NCBI RefSeq assembly: GCF_014251775.1
Contig: NZ_CP059199.1
Coordinates: forward strand, 480,001-512,000
Length of the DNA stretch: 32,000 bases
Reading direction: 5' to 3'
Source: Candidatus Saccharimonadota bacterium
GTDB lineage: Bacteria; Bacteroidota; Bacteroidia; Flavobacteriales; Blattabacteriaceae
The position numbers and the translations under genes were made by a program. Below, one piece after another: positions 1 to 8,957 of this stretch (its first letter is position 1; each line of letters opens with the position of its first letter). Below the pieces are notes generated by a model. It had not been told where the DNA came from and searched no databases. It saw only the letters and a list, made by a program, of their open reading frames with translations.

Positions 1-902
1 CAAACTGTTACTTTGCAATAATCATTTCTTAAATTTGATATATTTGTTCCAGCTCCTAAATTACACCATTCTCCTACAATAGAATCTCCTATAAATCCAT
101 CATGAACTTTATTAGAATAAGAAAAAAATATAGAATTTTTTATTTCTCCTCCTATCTTACAAAATGGACTTATTGTAGTTCCCCCATATATTTTAGTTCC
201 TATTTTAATAATAGATTTTTTTCCAATATAAACTGGTCCTTTTATTACAGTTCCTTCCATAAGATCTACTTGTTTTTCAATATAAATAGGACCGGAATTA
301 GCATCTAATACAACTTTATTAGTCTTTATATCATCTTCTAAAAAGATATTTTTTTTATTTAAAATTAAATTATCTCCCAATAAAGAATAAGATTTTTTCC
401 ATTTTGTTAATAGAAAATAATCCTCATTTAGAATGAATGAATTTTTTATAAAAAAATCCCATATATTTTTAATATAAATGATTTCTTTTATTTCGTGGAT
501 CTTTTTAAAATTATTTCCAATTTTTGAAAAAAAATTACTCTTTTTATAATCCCCATAAGAAATTATTTTTTTTTTTATAGCTATAATCTTTTTCTTAAAT
601 GAAATTGCTTCATTATCATTAATAGAAAAAATTTTATCAATTAATTCTATATTAGGAATATAAGAGGAATTAACTAATAAAATATTTGAAAAAAAATTAT
701 TATCTAAATCTAGATTTAATAAAGAAAATTTTTTTTGAAGAAATGGAATAGTAAAAATTTCATTTATTTTTTGACCTAAAAATTTTTCCCATCGTTCTTT
801 TATAGTAAGAATTCCAAAACGAATTTCTGATATTGGTCTAGTAAAAGTTAATGGTAATAAATTTTTCCATATGACTACATCATCATATAATATAAAATTC
901 AT
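1..902 (-). CDS. GlmU-family putative sugar-phosphate nucleotidyltransferase, N-terminal ~300 codons (3' end lies beyond the window start)
   Basis: Absent from the ORF track because it is open to the window edge. Manual minus-strand translation from ATG (complement of 902-900) reads MNFILYDDVVIWKNLLPLTFTRPISEIRFGILTIKERWEKFLGQ... It runs stop-free to position 1 and ends in a hexapeptide-repeat (left-handed beta-helix) style segment: ...IGTKIYGGTTISPFCKIGGEIKNSIFFSYSNKVHDGFIGDSIVGEWCNLGAGTNISN. The N-terminus resembles Flavobacteriales GlmU-family proteins from memory. The start overlaps the rpmE stop by 1 nt. Confidence 0.7.
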   Translation of the reverse strand, partial: MNFILYDDVVIWKNLLPLTFTRPISEIRFGILTIKERWEKFLGQKINEIFTIPFLQKKFSLLNLDLDNNFFSNILLVNSSYIPNIELIDKIFSINDNEAISFKKKIIAIKKKIISYGDYKKSNFFSKIGNNFKKIHEIKEIIYIKNIWDFFIKNSFILNEDYFLLTKWKKSYSLLGDNLILNKKNIFLEDDIKTNKVVLDANSGPIYIEKQVDLMEGTVIKGPVYIGKKSIIKIGTKIYGGTTISPFCKIGGEIKNSIFFSYSNKVHDGFIGDSIVGEWCNLGAGTNISNLRNDYCKVTV

Positions 903-1171
903 TATTTCTTATCTATTTTTTTTATGTTATATTTTTCGTATTTCTTCTTAAATTTTTCAGCAGGTCCAGTTTTTCCTAGAAATCTTTTTTCTCCTGTGAA
1001 AAATGGATGAGAATAACTAGATATTTCCATTTTATATAAAGGATAAATTCTATCTCCTATTTTTATGGATTCTTTTGTTCTTACAGTTGATCTACTAATA
1101 AAAATTTTTTCGTTATTAATATCTTTAAAAACAACAATTCTATAATCTTTTGGATGTATTTTTTTCTTCAT
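902..1171 (-). CDS. rpmE: 50S ribosomal protein L31 (type B)
   Basis: 89-aa ORF MKKKIHPKDYRIVVFKD...SSYSHPFFTGEKRF, typical L31 length and motifs (HP near the N-terminus, HPF(F/Y)TG). Confidence 0.9.
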   Translation of the reverse strand: MKKKIHPKDYRIVVFKDINNEKIFISRSTVRTKESIKIGDRIYPLYKMEISSYSHPFFTGEKRFLGKTGPAEKFKKKYEKYNIKKIDKK

Positions 1172-1174
1172 AAA

Positions 1175-2269
1175 TTAATTTTTTTTTGGAAAACGATAAA
1201 TTATTCCATTAATATTCATACTCGCACCTAACGCACCCATTAATATAATATCTCCAGGATAAATTTTATGAGGGAACAATTTATTCTTTAAAATCAAATC
1301 TAACAAAGTAGGTATAGTAGCTACAGAAGAATTTCCTAACTTTTGTACAGTCATAGGAAGAATTTTTTTTAAGAAATTACTATCTGAATAATTATATAAT
1401 TTTAGTAATCTTTTAATTATTGCATAATCCATTTTAGCATTAGCTTGATGAATGAGTATTTTTTTTATATCTTTTAAATGTAAATTTGTTTGATCAATAA
1501 TATTTTTTAACATAATAGGAACTTCTTTTAATGCATATTCATAAATTTTTCTTCCATTCATCCTAATATTTATTAAAGATTTAGTGTATTTAGAATTTAA
1601 GGAATGTCCATTGGATAAATAATATAATTCATTAGTATTATCACATTGACTATCATAATTAATTATTCCAAATTGTTCTTTTTCATTAAAATCAATAGCT
1701 GATAAGATAACTGCACCAGCACCATCAGAAAATATCATTGAATTTTTATCGTATGGATCAACAACATTGGATAATGTTTCTGATCCAGTAATTAATATAT
1801 TTTTAGCATATTTAGAACGTAAAAGTTGATCTGCTAATATCATACCTTCTATCCATCCGGTACAACCAAAAATCATATCATATGGCCGGCATTTTTTATT
1901 TTTTATTTGAAGTTTATTTTTAACTTTAGCTGCCACTGAAGGAACAAAATTAGATTGATAAGTAATTGGATTCACATCACCATAATTATGAGCAGATATA
2001 ATATAATCTATTTTTTCTTTATAAATTTTAGAAGATAATAATGCTTTTTTTGCCGCAATTCCTGCAATATCAGAATTAAAAATAGATTTTTCTACATATC
2101 TTCTCTCTTCTATTTCTGTAATAGATTTAAATTTTTCAATGATATTTTCATTAGAATTTTTAATTTTTAATCCATATTCATTGTAAAATTCATAATTTAA
2201 AAAATGCTCATTTTTTATAATTTTTTTTGGTAAATAATGACCAGTGCCTACAATGATTGATCGAATCAT
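1175..2269 (-). CDS. fabH: 3-oxoacyl-ACP synthase III (KAS III)
   Basis: 364-aa ORF with thiolase-fold KAS III features: active-site Cys context FGCTGWIEG, IHQAN, and GNSSVATIP near the C-terminus. Confidence 0.85.
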   Translation of the reverse strand: MIRSIIVGTGHYLPKKIIKNEHFLNYEFYNEYGLKIKNSNENIIEKFKSITEIEERRYVEKSIFNSDIAGIAAKKALLSSKIYKEKIDYIISAHNYGDVNPITYQSNFVPSVAAKVKNKLQIKNKKCRPYDMIFGCTGWIEGMILADQLLRSKYAKNILITGSETLSNVVDPYDKNSMIFSDGAGAVILSAIDFNEKEQFGIINYDSQCDNTNELYYLSNGHSLNSKYTKSLINIRMNGRKIYEYALKEVPIMLKNIIDQTNLHLKDIKKILIHQANAKMDYAIIKRLLKLYNYSDSNFLKKILPMTVQKLGNSSVATIPTLLDLILKNKLFPHKIYPGDIILMGALGASMNINGIIYRFPKKN

Positions 2270-2327
2270 TTCATTTCCATAATACTATTATTATTAATAT
2301 AATGAAAAAAATATAAACTAATAAATT

Positions 2328-3080
2328 ATGAAAAAAAGTTTAAAAGAAAAATTAATAAAAAATATGTTTGATCATATATCTATAAAATATGATTTTATTA
2401 ATCGTATTTTATCATTAGGAATGGATATAATATGGAGAAAAAAATTGGTTTATTTATTAAATAATTTTCATAAAAAAAAAAATTTTCTAAATATATTAGA
2501 CTTAGCAACTGGAACTGGAGATTTAACATTTTTATTATCAAAAATATTCACTAACTCTTATATTATTGGATTAGATCCATCTAATAAAATGTTAGAAATA
2601 GCAAAAAATAAATTAAATAATTCTAAAAATATTTTAATAAAAAAAAGAATACAATTTATTACAGGTTATTCTCAGAATATACCATTTAAGAATAAAAATT
2701 TTGATATTGTAACTATTTCATTTGGAATAAGAAATTTTCAATTTCTTCATTTATCTTTAAATGAAATATATAGAATTTTAAAAAATAATGGAACTTTAGC
2801 AATTTTAGAATTTTCTATTCCATCTAATTTTTTAATCAGAAAAATTTATTATTTTTATAATAATTTGTTTATGAGTAATATAGGAGGATTTTTATCAAAA
2901 AATTATTCTGCTTTTAATTATTTAAAAGAATCTATTAAACATTTTAATTATTCTGGGGAAAAAATGAAAAAATTATTAACATATCATAATTTTAATTATG
3001 TACATATGGAAAAATTATCATTAGAAATTGCTTCAATATATCTTTCAAAAAAAATAACAAATAATAATTATTCAAGATAA
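2328..3080 (+). CDS. ubiE: demethylmenaquinone/ubiquinone C-methyltransferase
   Basis: 250-aa ORF. MFDHISIKYDFINRILSLGMDIIWRKK matches the UbiE/MenG N-terminal signature. SAM-binding motif LDLATGTGDL. Confidence 0.85.
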   Translation: MKKSLKEKLIKNMFDHISIKYDFINRILSLGMDIIWRKKLVYLLNNFHKKKNFLNILDLATGTGDLTFLLSKIFTNSYIIGLDPSNKMLEIAKNKLNNSKNILIKKRIQFITGYSQNIPFKNKNFDIVTISFGIRNFQFLHLSLNEIYRILKNNGTLAILEFSIPSNFLIRKIYYFYNNLFMSNIGGFLSKNYSAFNYLKESIKHFNYSGEKMKKLLTYHNFNYVHMEKLSLEIASIYLSKKITNNNYSR

Positions 3081-3101
3081 ACAGAATAAAATAATAAATA
3101 T

Positions 3102-4622
3102 ATGATAAAATATATATCTGAATTTGTAACCTGTTATTTTCTAAAAAAAAGAATAAAAAATATAAAAATATTTATGCATAATCCTGTAGATGTACAAAAT
3201 AATTTGATGAATCAATTAATTATGTCTGCTAAAAACACCGAATTTGGTAAAAAATATGGATTTAATGATATAAAAAAATATAAAAATTTTGTTGAAAGAA
3301 TACCTATATGTAAATATTCTGACTTAGAATCAACAATTAATAGAATTAGAAAAGGGGAAAAAAATATATTATGGCCTGGTACAGTAAAATGGTTTGCAAG
3401 ATCATCCGGAACTACTAACACAAAAAGTAAGTATATACCAATTACTGAAGAATCTATAAATAAAGGTCATTATAAAGCTGGAAAAGATATGTTATCTATT
3501 TATATTAATAATCATCCCAAAACTAAAATTTTTTTGGGAAAAGCTATTCGTTTAGGAGGAAGTTATAAATTACATGAAAAATATAATACTTTTTATGGAG
3601 ATTTATCTTCTATTTTAATAAAAAAAATGCCTTTTTGGATAGAAAAAATTTGTATTCCTGGAAAAAAAATTTCATTAATGAGTCAATGGGAGGAAAAAAT
3701 AAATAAAATAATAAAAGAAGCTAAAAATAAAGATATTAGAATTTTATCAGGAGTTTGTTCCTGGTTATTAATTTTTTTATTTAAAGTGTTAAAAACATTT
3801 GATAAAAAAAATATTGATGAAATATGGCCAAATGTAGAAGTAATATTTCATGGAGGTATGAATATAGATCCTTATTATCCTCAGTATAAAAAATTATTAA
3901 ATAATCGTTCTATTAATTATTATAATGTATATAGTTCTTCAGAAGGTTTTTTTGCTATTCAGGATCGAAGTAAAATTAAAGATCTTTTATTATTATTAGA
4001 TCATGGAATATTTTATGAATTTATTCCTATAGAAGATATAAATAAAAGTAATCCGAAAATTTTTTCTATTAGTGAAGTAAAATTAAATAAAATTTATGCT
4101 ATGGTTATTTCTACGAATTCAGGTTTATGGAGATATATAGTAGGAGATACTATTAGATTTACTAGTTTATCTCCATATAGGATTTTAATTTCAGGAAGAA
4201 CTACTAGTTATATTAATTGTTTTGGAGAAGAATTAATTATGGAAAATACTGACAAAGCATTAAATTATGCTTGTATTAAAACGAATTCAATGGTTAATGA
4301 ATATACTGCAGGCCCAATTTATATGAATGATAAAAATTCAGGAGCTCATGAATGGATTATAGAATTTAAAAAACATCCAGAAAATTTATCTAGATTTATA
4401 AAAATATTAGATAAAGAATTGCAAAAATTAAATTCTGATTATGAATCAAAACGATATAAAAATATTATTTTGCGTCCTCCTATAGTAAAAATAGCTAGAA
4501 ATGGACTGTTTTATGATTGGTTAAAAAAAAATAAAAAATTAGGAGGACAAAATAAAGTTCCTCGTTTATCTAACGATAGAAAATATATTAATTCTATAAT
4601 GAAAATGAATAAATTATCATGA
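3102..4622 (+). CDS. GH3 (auxin-responsive promoter) family adenylate-forming protein, function unknown in bacteria
   Basis: 506-aa ORF. FARSSGTT(N)TKSKYIP is the GH3/ANL-type phosphate-binding motif. Length and overall pattern match the GH3-family proteins common in Bacteroidota. Confidence 0.75.
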   Translation: MIKYISEFVTCYFLKKRIKNIKIFMHNPVDVQNNLMNQLIMSAKNTEFGKKYGFNDIKKYKNFVERIPICKYSDLESTINRIRKGEKNILWPGTVKWFARSSGTTNTKSKYIPITEESINKGHYKAGKDMLSIYINNHPKTKIFLGKAIRLGGSYKLHEKYNTFYGDLSSILIKKMPFWIEKICIPGKKISLMSQWEEKINKIIKEAKNKDIRILSGVCSWLLIFLFKVLKTFDKKNIDEIWPNVEVIFHGGMNIDPYYPQYKKLLNNRSINYYNVYSSSEGFFAIQDRSKIKDLLLLLDHGIFYEFIPIEDINKSNPKIFSISEVKLNKIYAMVISTNSGLWRYIVGDTIRFTSLSPYRILISGRTTSYINCFGEELIMENTDKALNYACIKTNSMVNEYTAGPIYMNDKNSGAHEWIIEFKKHPENLSRFIKILDKELQKLNSDYESKRYKNIILRPPIVKIARNGLFYDWLKKNKKLGGQNKVPRLSNDRKYINSIMKMNKLS

Positions 4623-4630
4623 AAACTATA

Positions 4631-4900
4631 ATGACAATAACATCAGAAAAAAAGAAAGAAATATTTAAAAATTATGGAAAATCTGTTCTTGATACAGGTT
4701 CTCCTCAAGCACAGATAGCTTTATTTACTTATCGTATTAATCATTTAAATAATCATTTAGAAAGAAACAAAAAAGATTTTAATACGGAAAGATCTTTAAT
4801 AAAATTAGTAGGAAAAAGAAAAAAATTACTAAAATATATTGAAAAAAATGATATAAATAATTATAAAAATATTATAAAACATTTAGGATTGAGAAAGTAA
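4631..4900 (+). CDS. rpsO: 30S ribosomal protein S15
   Basis: The ORF track starts at 4619 (MKTIMTIT...). The ATG at 4631 gives the canonical 89-aa S15 (MTITSEKKKEIFKNYGKS..DTGS..AQIALFTYRINHLNNHL...GLRK). The 4619 start, an ATGA overlap with the GH3 stop, cannot be excluded. Confidence 0.9.
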   Translation: MTITSEKKKEIFKNYGKSVLDTGSPQAQIALFTYRINHLNNHLERNKKDFNTERSLIKLVGKRKKLLKYIEKNDINNYKNIIKHLGLRK

Positions 4901-4927
4901 AATATTTCATACCTAAATTATTAATTT

Positions 4928-7060
4928 ATGTCAAATATTATAAAAGAATATATCCCCCTAATAGATGGTAGAAAAATAACAATAGAAACTGGTTTTCTAG
5001 CAAAACAAGCCGATGGATCCGCTATAGTTCGTATTAATGATACAATGTTATTAGCCACTGTAGTAATTTCAGAAGAAATAAAAAATGAAAATAATTTTTT
5101 TCTACTAACAGTAGATTATAGAGAAAAATATTATGCAGGAGGAAAAATTCCTGGAGGATTTATAAAAAGAGAAGGAAGACCATCTAATGAAGAAATTTTA
5201 ACTATGAGGTTAGTAGATCGTGTATTAAGACCAATGTTTCCAGATTCTTTTAATAAAGAAATACAAATTATGATTTCTTTATTATCATATGATAATACTG
5301 TTTTACCAGATGGATTAGCAGGACTAGCAGCTTCAACTGCTTTATCTATATCAAGAGTTCCATTTAATGGTCCTATATCTGAAGTTCGTATCATTCGATC
5401 TAAAAAAAAATTTTTAGTAAATCCTAGTTTAAATCAATTAGAAGATGCAGATATTGATTTAATTGTTGGTGCTTCTGATAAATCTATAATAATGATAGAA
5501 GGTGAAATGAAAGAGATAAAAGAAAAAGAATTTATGGAAATTATTATAGAAGCTCATAAAGCAATAAAACCTCAAATTGATGCACAAAAAAGATTAATAG
5601 AAAAAATTAATAAAATAAAAAAAATTAATCCATTAAAATTTAATCAAAAAGAAAGTAGTAAAATAAAAAAATTACAAAAAAAAATTTTTTATTTTTTCTA
5701 TAAAAAACTAAAAAAATCTTATCAAAAATTTTTAGATAAAAAAAATAGATCCAATGAAGAAAAATTATTAATGAATAAATTTAAAAAAACTTTTTTTTCA
5801 AAAAATGAAATGGAAGATAAAGAATTTTTAATTAATTATCTTTATGGAAAAATAAAGAAAAAAATATTTAGATCTTTATTAATAGAAAAAGGAATTAGAT
5901 TAGATAGAAGAAATAATAAACAAATTCGTTCGATATCAAGTTTTGTAAATTATTTACCAGGAGTTCATGGATCGGCTCTATTTTCAAGAGGTGAAACTCA
6001 ATCCTTAACAACCGTAACATTAGGATCATCATTAGATGCAAATAGAATTGATAATATAATTATGGAGGATCATGAAAAATTTTATTTACATTATAATTTT
6101 CCTCCTTTTTCTACAGGAGAAATAAAACCTATAAGGGGAGTTACTAGAAGAGAAATTGGTCATGGAAATTTAGCTCAAAGAGCTTTAAAAAATATTATTC
6201 CAAATACTCCATATACTATTCGAGTAGTATCAGATATTTTAGAATCTAATGGATCATCTTCTATGGCTACAGTATGTGCTGCTAGTCTAGCATTAATGGA
6301 TGCAGGTATTCCTATAGAAAATCCTGTTTCAGGTATTTCCATGGGTTTAATTATGGAAAAAAATAAAAAAATTATTTTATCAGATATTTTAGGAGAAGAA
6401 GATTATTTCGGAGATGTAGATTTTAAAATAACTGGAACTAAAAATGGAATAACAGCATGTCAAATGGACGTAAAAAATACTAATGCAATCACATATGATG
6501 TATTAAACGATATTTTAATTCAAGCATTAGAAGGAAGATTATTGATTTTGAATAAAATGTTAAATACTATTCCTAGATATAGAAGTAAAATGAAACCTAA
6601 AGCACCAAAAATATATACTTTTAATATCCCAAAAAATTTTATTGGATTGGTAATTGGACCAGGTGGAAAAACTATACAAGAAATACAATCTAGTACTAAT
6701 ACAAATATTGTAATTGAAGAAAAAGAAAATTTAGGACATATAGAGATTTTAGGAAAAAATGAAGAAAATTTGCAAAAAGCCATAGATAAAATAAAAAAAA
6801 TTGCTTTTTTTCCTAAAATAGGAGAAATTTATAAAGCAAAAGTCAAATCTATAAAAAATTTTGGGGCTTTTTTAGAAATTTCTAAAGGTGTAGAAGGCTT
6901 ATTACATATTTCTGAAATCGATTGGAAAAAAATAAATAACATAGAAGATGAATTACATGTAGGGGATTTTATTAATGTAAAAATTCTAGGAATTGATGAA
7001 AAAAATAGAAAAATTAAATTATCTAGAAAAGTTATTATCCCTAGACCTAAAAAAAAATAA
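4928..7060 (+). CDS. pnp: polyribonucleotide nucleotidyltransferase (PNPase)
   Basis: 710-aa ORF with two RNase PH domains, a KH domain (GLVIGPGGKTIQEIQ) and a C-terminal S1 domain (GEIYKAKVKSIKNFGAFLEI). Conserved rpsO-pnp order. Confidence 0.95.
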   Translation: MSNIIKEYIPLIDGRKITIETGFLAKQADGSAIVRINDTMLLATVVISEEIKNENNFFLLTVDYREKYYAGGKIPGGFIKREGRPSNEEILTMRLVDRVLRPMFPDSFNKEIQIMISLLSYDNTVLPDGLAGLAASTALSISRVPFNGPISEVRIIRSKKKFLVNPSLNQLEDADIDLIVGASDKSIIMIEGEMKEIKEKEFMEIIIEAHKAIKPQIDAQKRLIEKINKIKKINPLKFNQKESSKIKKLQKKIFYFFYKKLKKSYQKFLDKKNRSNEEKLLMNKFKKTFFSKNEMEDKEFLINYLYGKIKKKIFRSLLIEKGIRLDRRNNKQIRSISSFVNYLPGVHGSALFSRGETQSLTTVTLGSSLDANRIDNIIMEDHEKFYLHYNFPPFSTGEIKPIRGVTRREIGHGNLAQRALKNIIPNTPYTIRVVSDILESNGSSSMATVCAASLALMDAGIPIENPVSGISMGLIMEKNKKIILSDILGEEDYFGDVDFKITGTKNGITACQMDVKNTNAITYDVLNDILIQALEGRLLILNKMLNTIPRYRSKMKPKAPKIYTFNIPKNFIGLVIGPGGKTIQEIQSSTNTNIVIEEKENLGHIEILGKNEENLQKAIDKIKKIAFFPKIGEIYKAKVKSIKNFGAFLEISKGVEGLLHISEIDWKKINNIEDELHVGDFINVKILGIDEKNRKIKLSRKVIIPRPKKK

Positions 7061-7092
7061 ATAATTAAAGTATTAAAATAATAAAATTATTG

Positions 7093-7133
7093 TTATATAT
7101 ATATAATATAAAAAAAATATTATATATATATAA
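7093..7133. repeat. perfect 17-bp inverted repeat (all A/T) with an A7 loop between pnp and rpoD; possible terminator or processing hairpin
   Basis: TTATATATATATAATAT (7093-7109), AAAAAAA (7110-7116), ATATTATATATATATAA (7117-7133). The arms are exact reverse complements, checked by hand. Confidence 0.6.
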
Positions 7134-7160
7134 TAAAAAATAAATTAAAATTAAATAATT

Positions 7161-8024
7161 ATGAGACAATTAAAAATTACTAAACAAGTAACTAATAGAG
7201 AATCTGAATCATTGGATAAATATCTTCATGAGATTGGAAAAATTCCATTATTAACTCCTGAAGAAGAAGTAGAATATGCTCGAAAAGCTAGAAGTGGTGA
7301 AAGTTCAGCAACTAATAAATTAGTTAATGCAAATTTAAGATTTGTTGTATCTGTAGCAAAACAATATCAAAATCAAGGATTAAGTTTATGTGATTTAATC
7401 AACGAAGGCAATTTAGGTTTAATCAAAGGAATATTACGTTTTGATGAAACAAGAGGTTTTAAATGTATTTCATATGTAGTTTGGTGGATTAGACAAGCTA
7501 TATTACAAGCAATAGCCGAACAATCACGTTCTATAAGACAACCTACTAATAAACTAGCATTATTAAACAAAATATTAAAAACATTAGCTCAATTAGAACA
7601 AGAATTGCATCGTACACCGTCTATCAGAGAAATAGCTGAGTTTTTAAATATGAATGAAAAAGATGTAGAAGATTCTATAAAAAATTCTGGTAGACATATT
7701 TCCATGGATGCTCCATTAATAGAAGGTGAAGATTCAAATCTATATGATTTAGTAAGATCAGATGAATCACCTAAGCCAGATGAAACTCTAGAAAAAGAAT
7801 CATTAAAAAAGGATATAAAAAGAATACTAAAAACTTTAAGTGATAGAGAACGTCGTGTGATAATTCTCCACTTTGGATTAAATGGGACTCCACCAATGAC
7901 TTTAGAAGAAGTTGGAAAATTTTGTGACTTAACTAGAGAACGTGTAAGACAAATAGAAAGCATAGCTTTGAAAAGGTTAAAACATTCTTCTAGAAGTAAA
8001 ATATTAAAACCTTATTTAGGATAA
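7161..8024 (+). CDS. rpoD: RNA polymerase primary sigma factor (Bacteroidota sigma-A, short form)
   Basis: 287-aa ORF with region 2 (NLRFVVSVAKQYQNQGLSLCDLINEGNLGLIKG, YVVWWIRQAI), region 3, and region 4 (LTLEEVG..F.LTRERVRQIE). The ~287-aa length is typical of Bacteroidota primary sigma. Confidence 0.9.
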   Translation: MRQLKITKQVTNRESESLDKYLHEIGKIPLLTPEEEVEYARKARSGESSATNKLVNANLRFVVSVAKQYQNQGLSLCDLINEGNLGLIKGILRFDETRGFKCISYVVWWIRQAILQAIAEQSRSIRQPTNKLALLNKILKTLAQLEQELHRTPSIREIAEFLNMNEKDVEDSIKNSGRHISMDAPLIEGEDSNLYDLVRSDESPKPDETLEKESLKKDIKRILKTLSDRERRVIILHFGLNGTPPMTLEEVGKFCDLTRERVRQIESIALKRLKHSSRSKILKPYLG

Positions 8025-8032
8025 TTAAATTA

Positions 8033-8052
8033 TATCCTGATTAATTAGGATA
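8033..8052. terminator. candidate short hairpin between convergent rpoD and tRNA-Arg
   Basis: TATCCTGA-TTAA-TTAGGATA. This is an 8-bp stem including one G:U on the plus-strand RNA, 9 nt after the rpoD stop. No clear U-tract follows, so terminator function is uncertain. Confidence 0.25.
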
Positions 8053-8055
8053 ATA

Positions 8056-8129
8056 AGACCTCGAAGGGATTCGAACCCATAACCTTCTGATCCGTAATCA
8101 GATGCTCTATCCATTTAAGCTACGAGGCC
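8056..8129 (-). tRNA. tRNA-Arg (anticodon ACG)
   Basis: The reverse complement folds by hand as a cloverleaf: GGCCTCG TA GCTT AAATGGATA GAGC A TCTGA TTACGGA TCAGA AGGTT ATGGG TTCGAAT CCCTT CGAGGTC. The anticodon loop TTACGGA gives ACG. There is one T-stem mismatch. Confidence 0.9.
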
Positions 8130-8183
8130 AAAAAAATAATAATTAATATACTTAAATATAAATATAAAATATAATATTCACTT

Positions 8184-8221
8184 TTAAGATTGAACAATTT
8201 TTAAAAATTGTTCAATCTTAA
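8184..8221. repeat. perfect 38-nt palindrome covering the last 12 codons and stop codon of tpiA
   Basis: TTAAGATTGAACAATTTTT (8184-8202) and AAAAATTGTTCAATCTTAA (8203-8221) are exact reverse complements, checked by hand. On the coding (minus) strand this segment encodes LKIEQFLKIVQS-stop. Confidence 0.9.
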
Positions 8222-8942
8222 GTGAAGAATTGCCTATTAGTCCACCATTTACATTTGGAATTGAAAAAATTGATTTTGCATTATTTAAATTAATACTTCC
8301 TCCATATATAATAGGAATTTTTTTTGAAAATGATTCTCCATATTTATTTGAAAATAAAGATCTTATAAATTGATGCATCATTTGAATATGATCAGAATTT
8401 GCACTTATTCCTGTTCCAATTGCCCATATTGGTTCGTAGGCTATATAAAAATATTGAACGTCATATAAAGAAAAATTAAAAATTGTTTTACTTAATTGAT
8501 TTTTAATTGATATAAAATGTTTATTTTCATTTCTTTCATTATATGTTTCTCCTAAACAAAATATAATCTTTAATTTATTTTTTATTGCTATTTTAATTTT
8601 TTTTAATAAAATTTCATCATTTTCAAAAAAATTTATTCTTCTTTCACTATGTCCAATTATAACATATTCTATTCCCATAGATTTTAACATTGATGCTGAA
8701 ACTTCTCCAGTATAGGGCCCCTTATCCATAAAAAAAATATTTTGAGCTGAAATTTTTATTGATGTTCCTTTAATTATTTGATTTGAAATATGTAAAAAAG
8801 GTAAAGAAGGTGCTATAATGATTTCTTTATTATAAATTATTTTTTTGTTAAAAGATAATTTTAAAAAATTTCTTAAAAAAGATGCAGTTTGATGTAAATC
8901 AAAGTTCATTTTCCAATTTGCAATTACAATTTTTCTCATCAT
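8184..8942 (-). CDS. tpiA: triosephosphate isomerase
   Basis: 252-aa ORF. N-terminal IANWKMN, GHSERR, and AYEPIWAIGTG catalytic-loop motifs. Confidence 0.95.
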   Translation of the reverse strand: MMRKIVIANWKMNFDLHQTASFLRNFLKLSFNKKIIYNKEIIIAPSLPFLHISNQIIKGTSIKISAQNIFFMDKGPYTGEVSASMLKSMGIEYVIIGHSERRINFFENDEILLKKIKIAIKNKLKIIFCLGETYNERNENKHFISIKNQLSKTIFNFSLYDVQYFYIAYEPIWAIGTGISANSDHIQMMHQFIRSLFSNKYGESFSKKIPIIYGGSINLNNAKSIFSIPNVNGGLIGNSSLKIEQFLKIVQS

Positions 8943-8957
8943 TTTATTTTTATATGA

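Noticed and set aside
102-308. ORF-track entries lying antisense to, or out of frame within, larger conserved genes. These are 102-308, 3212-3421, 5131-5394, 6520-6783, 7373-7570, 7589-7963, 12929-13162, 15038-15259, 18203-18394, 25175-25390, 25572-25769, 26733-26936, 26830-27105, 29082-29267 and 31429-31668.
   Set aside because: Each is fully embedded in a well-supported gene on the opposite strand (or in another frame). Each has low-complexity or odd composition and matches no family I recognise. They are shadow ORFs, as expected in AT-rich DNA with few stop codons on the antisense strand of Lys/Asn/Ile-rich genes.
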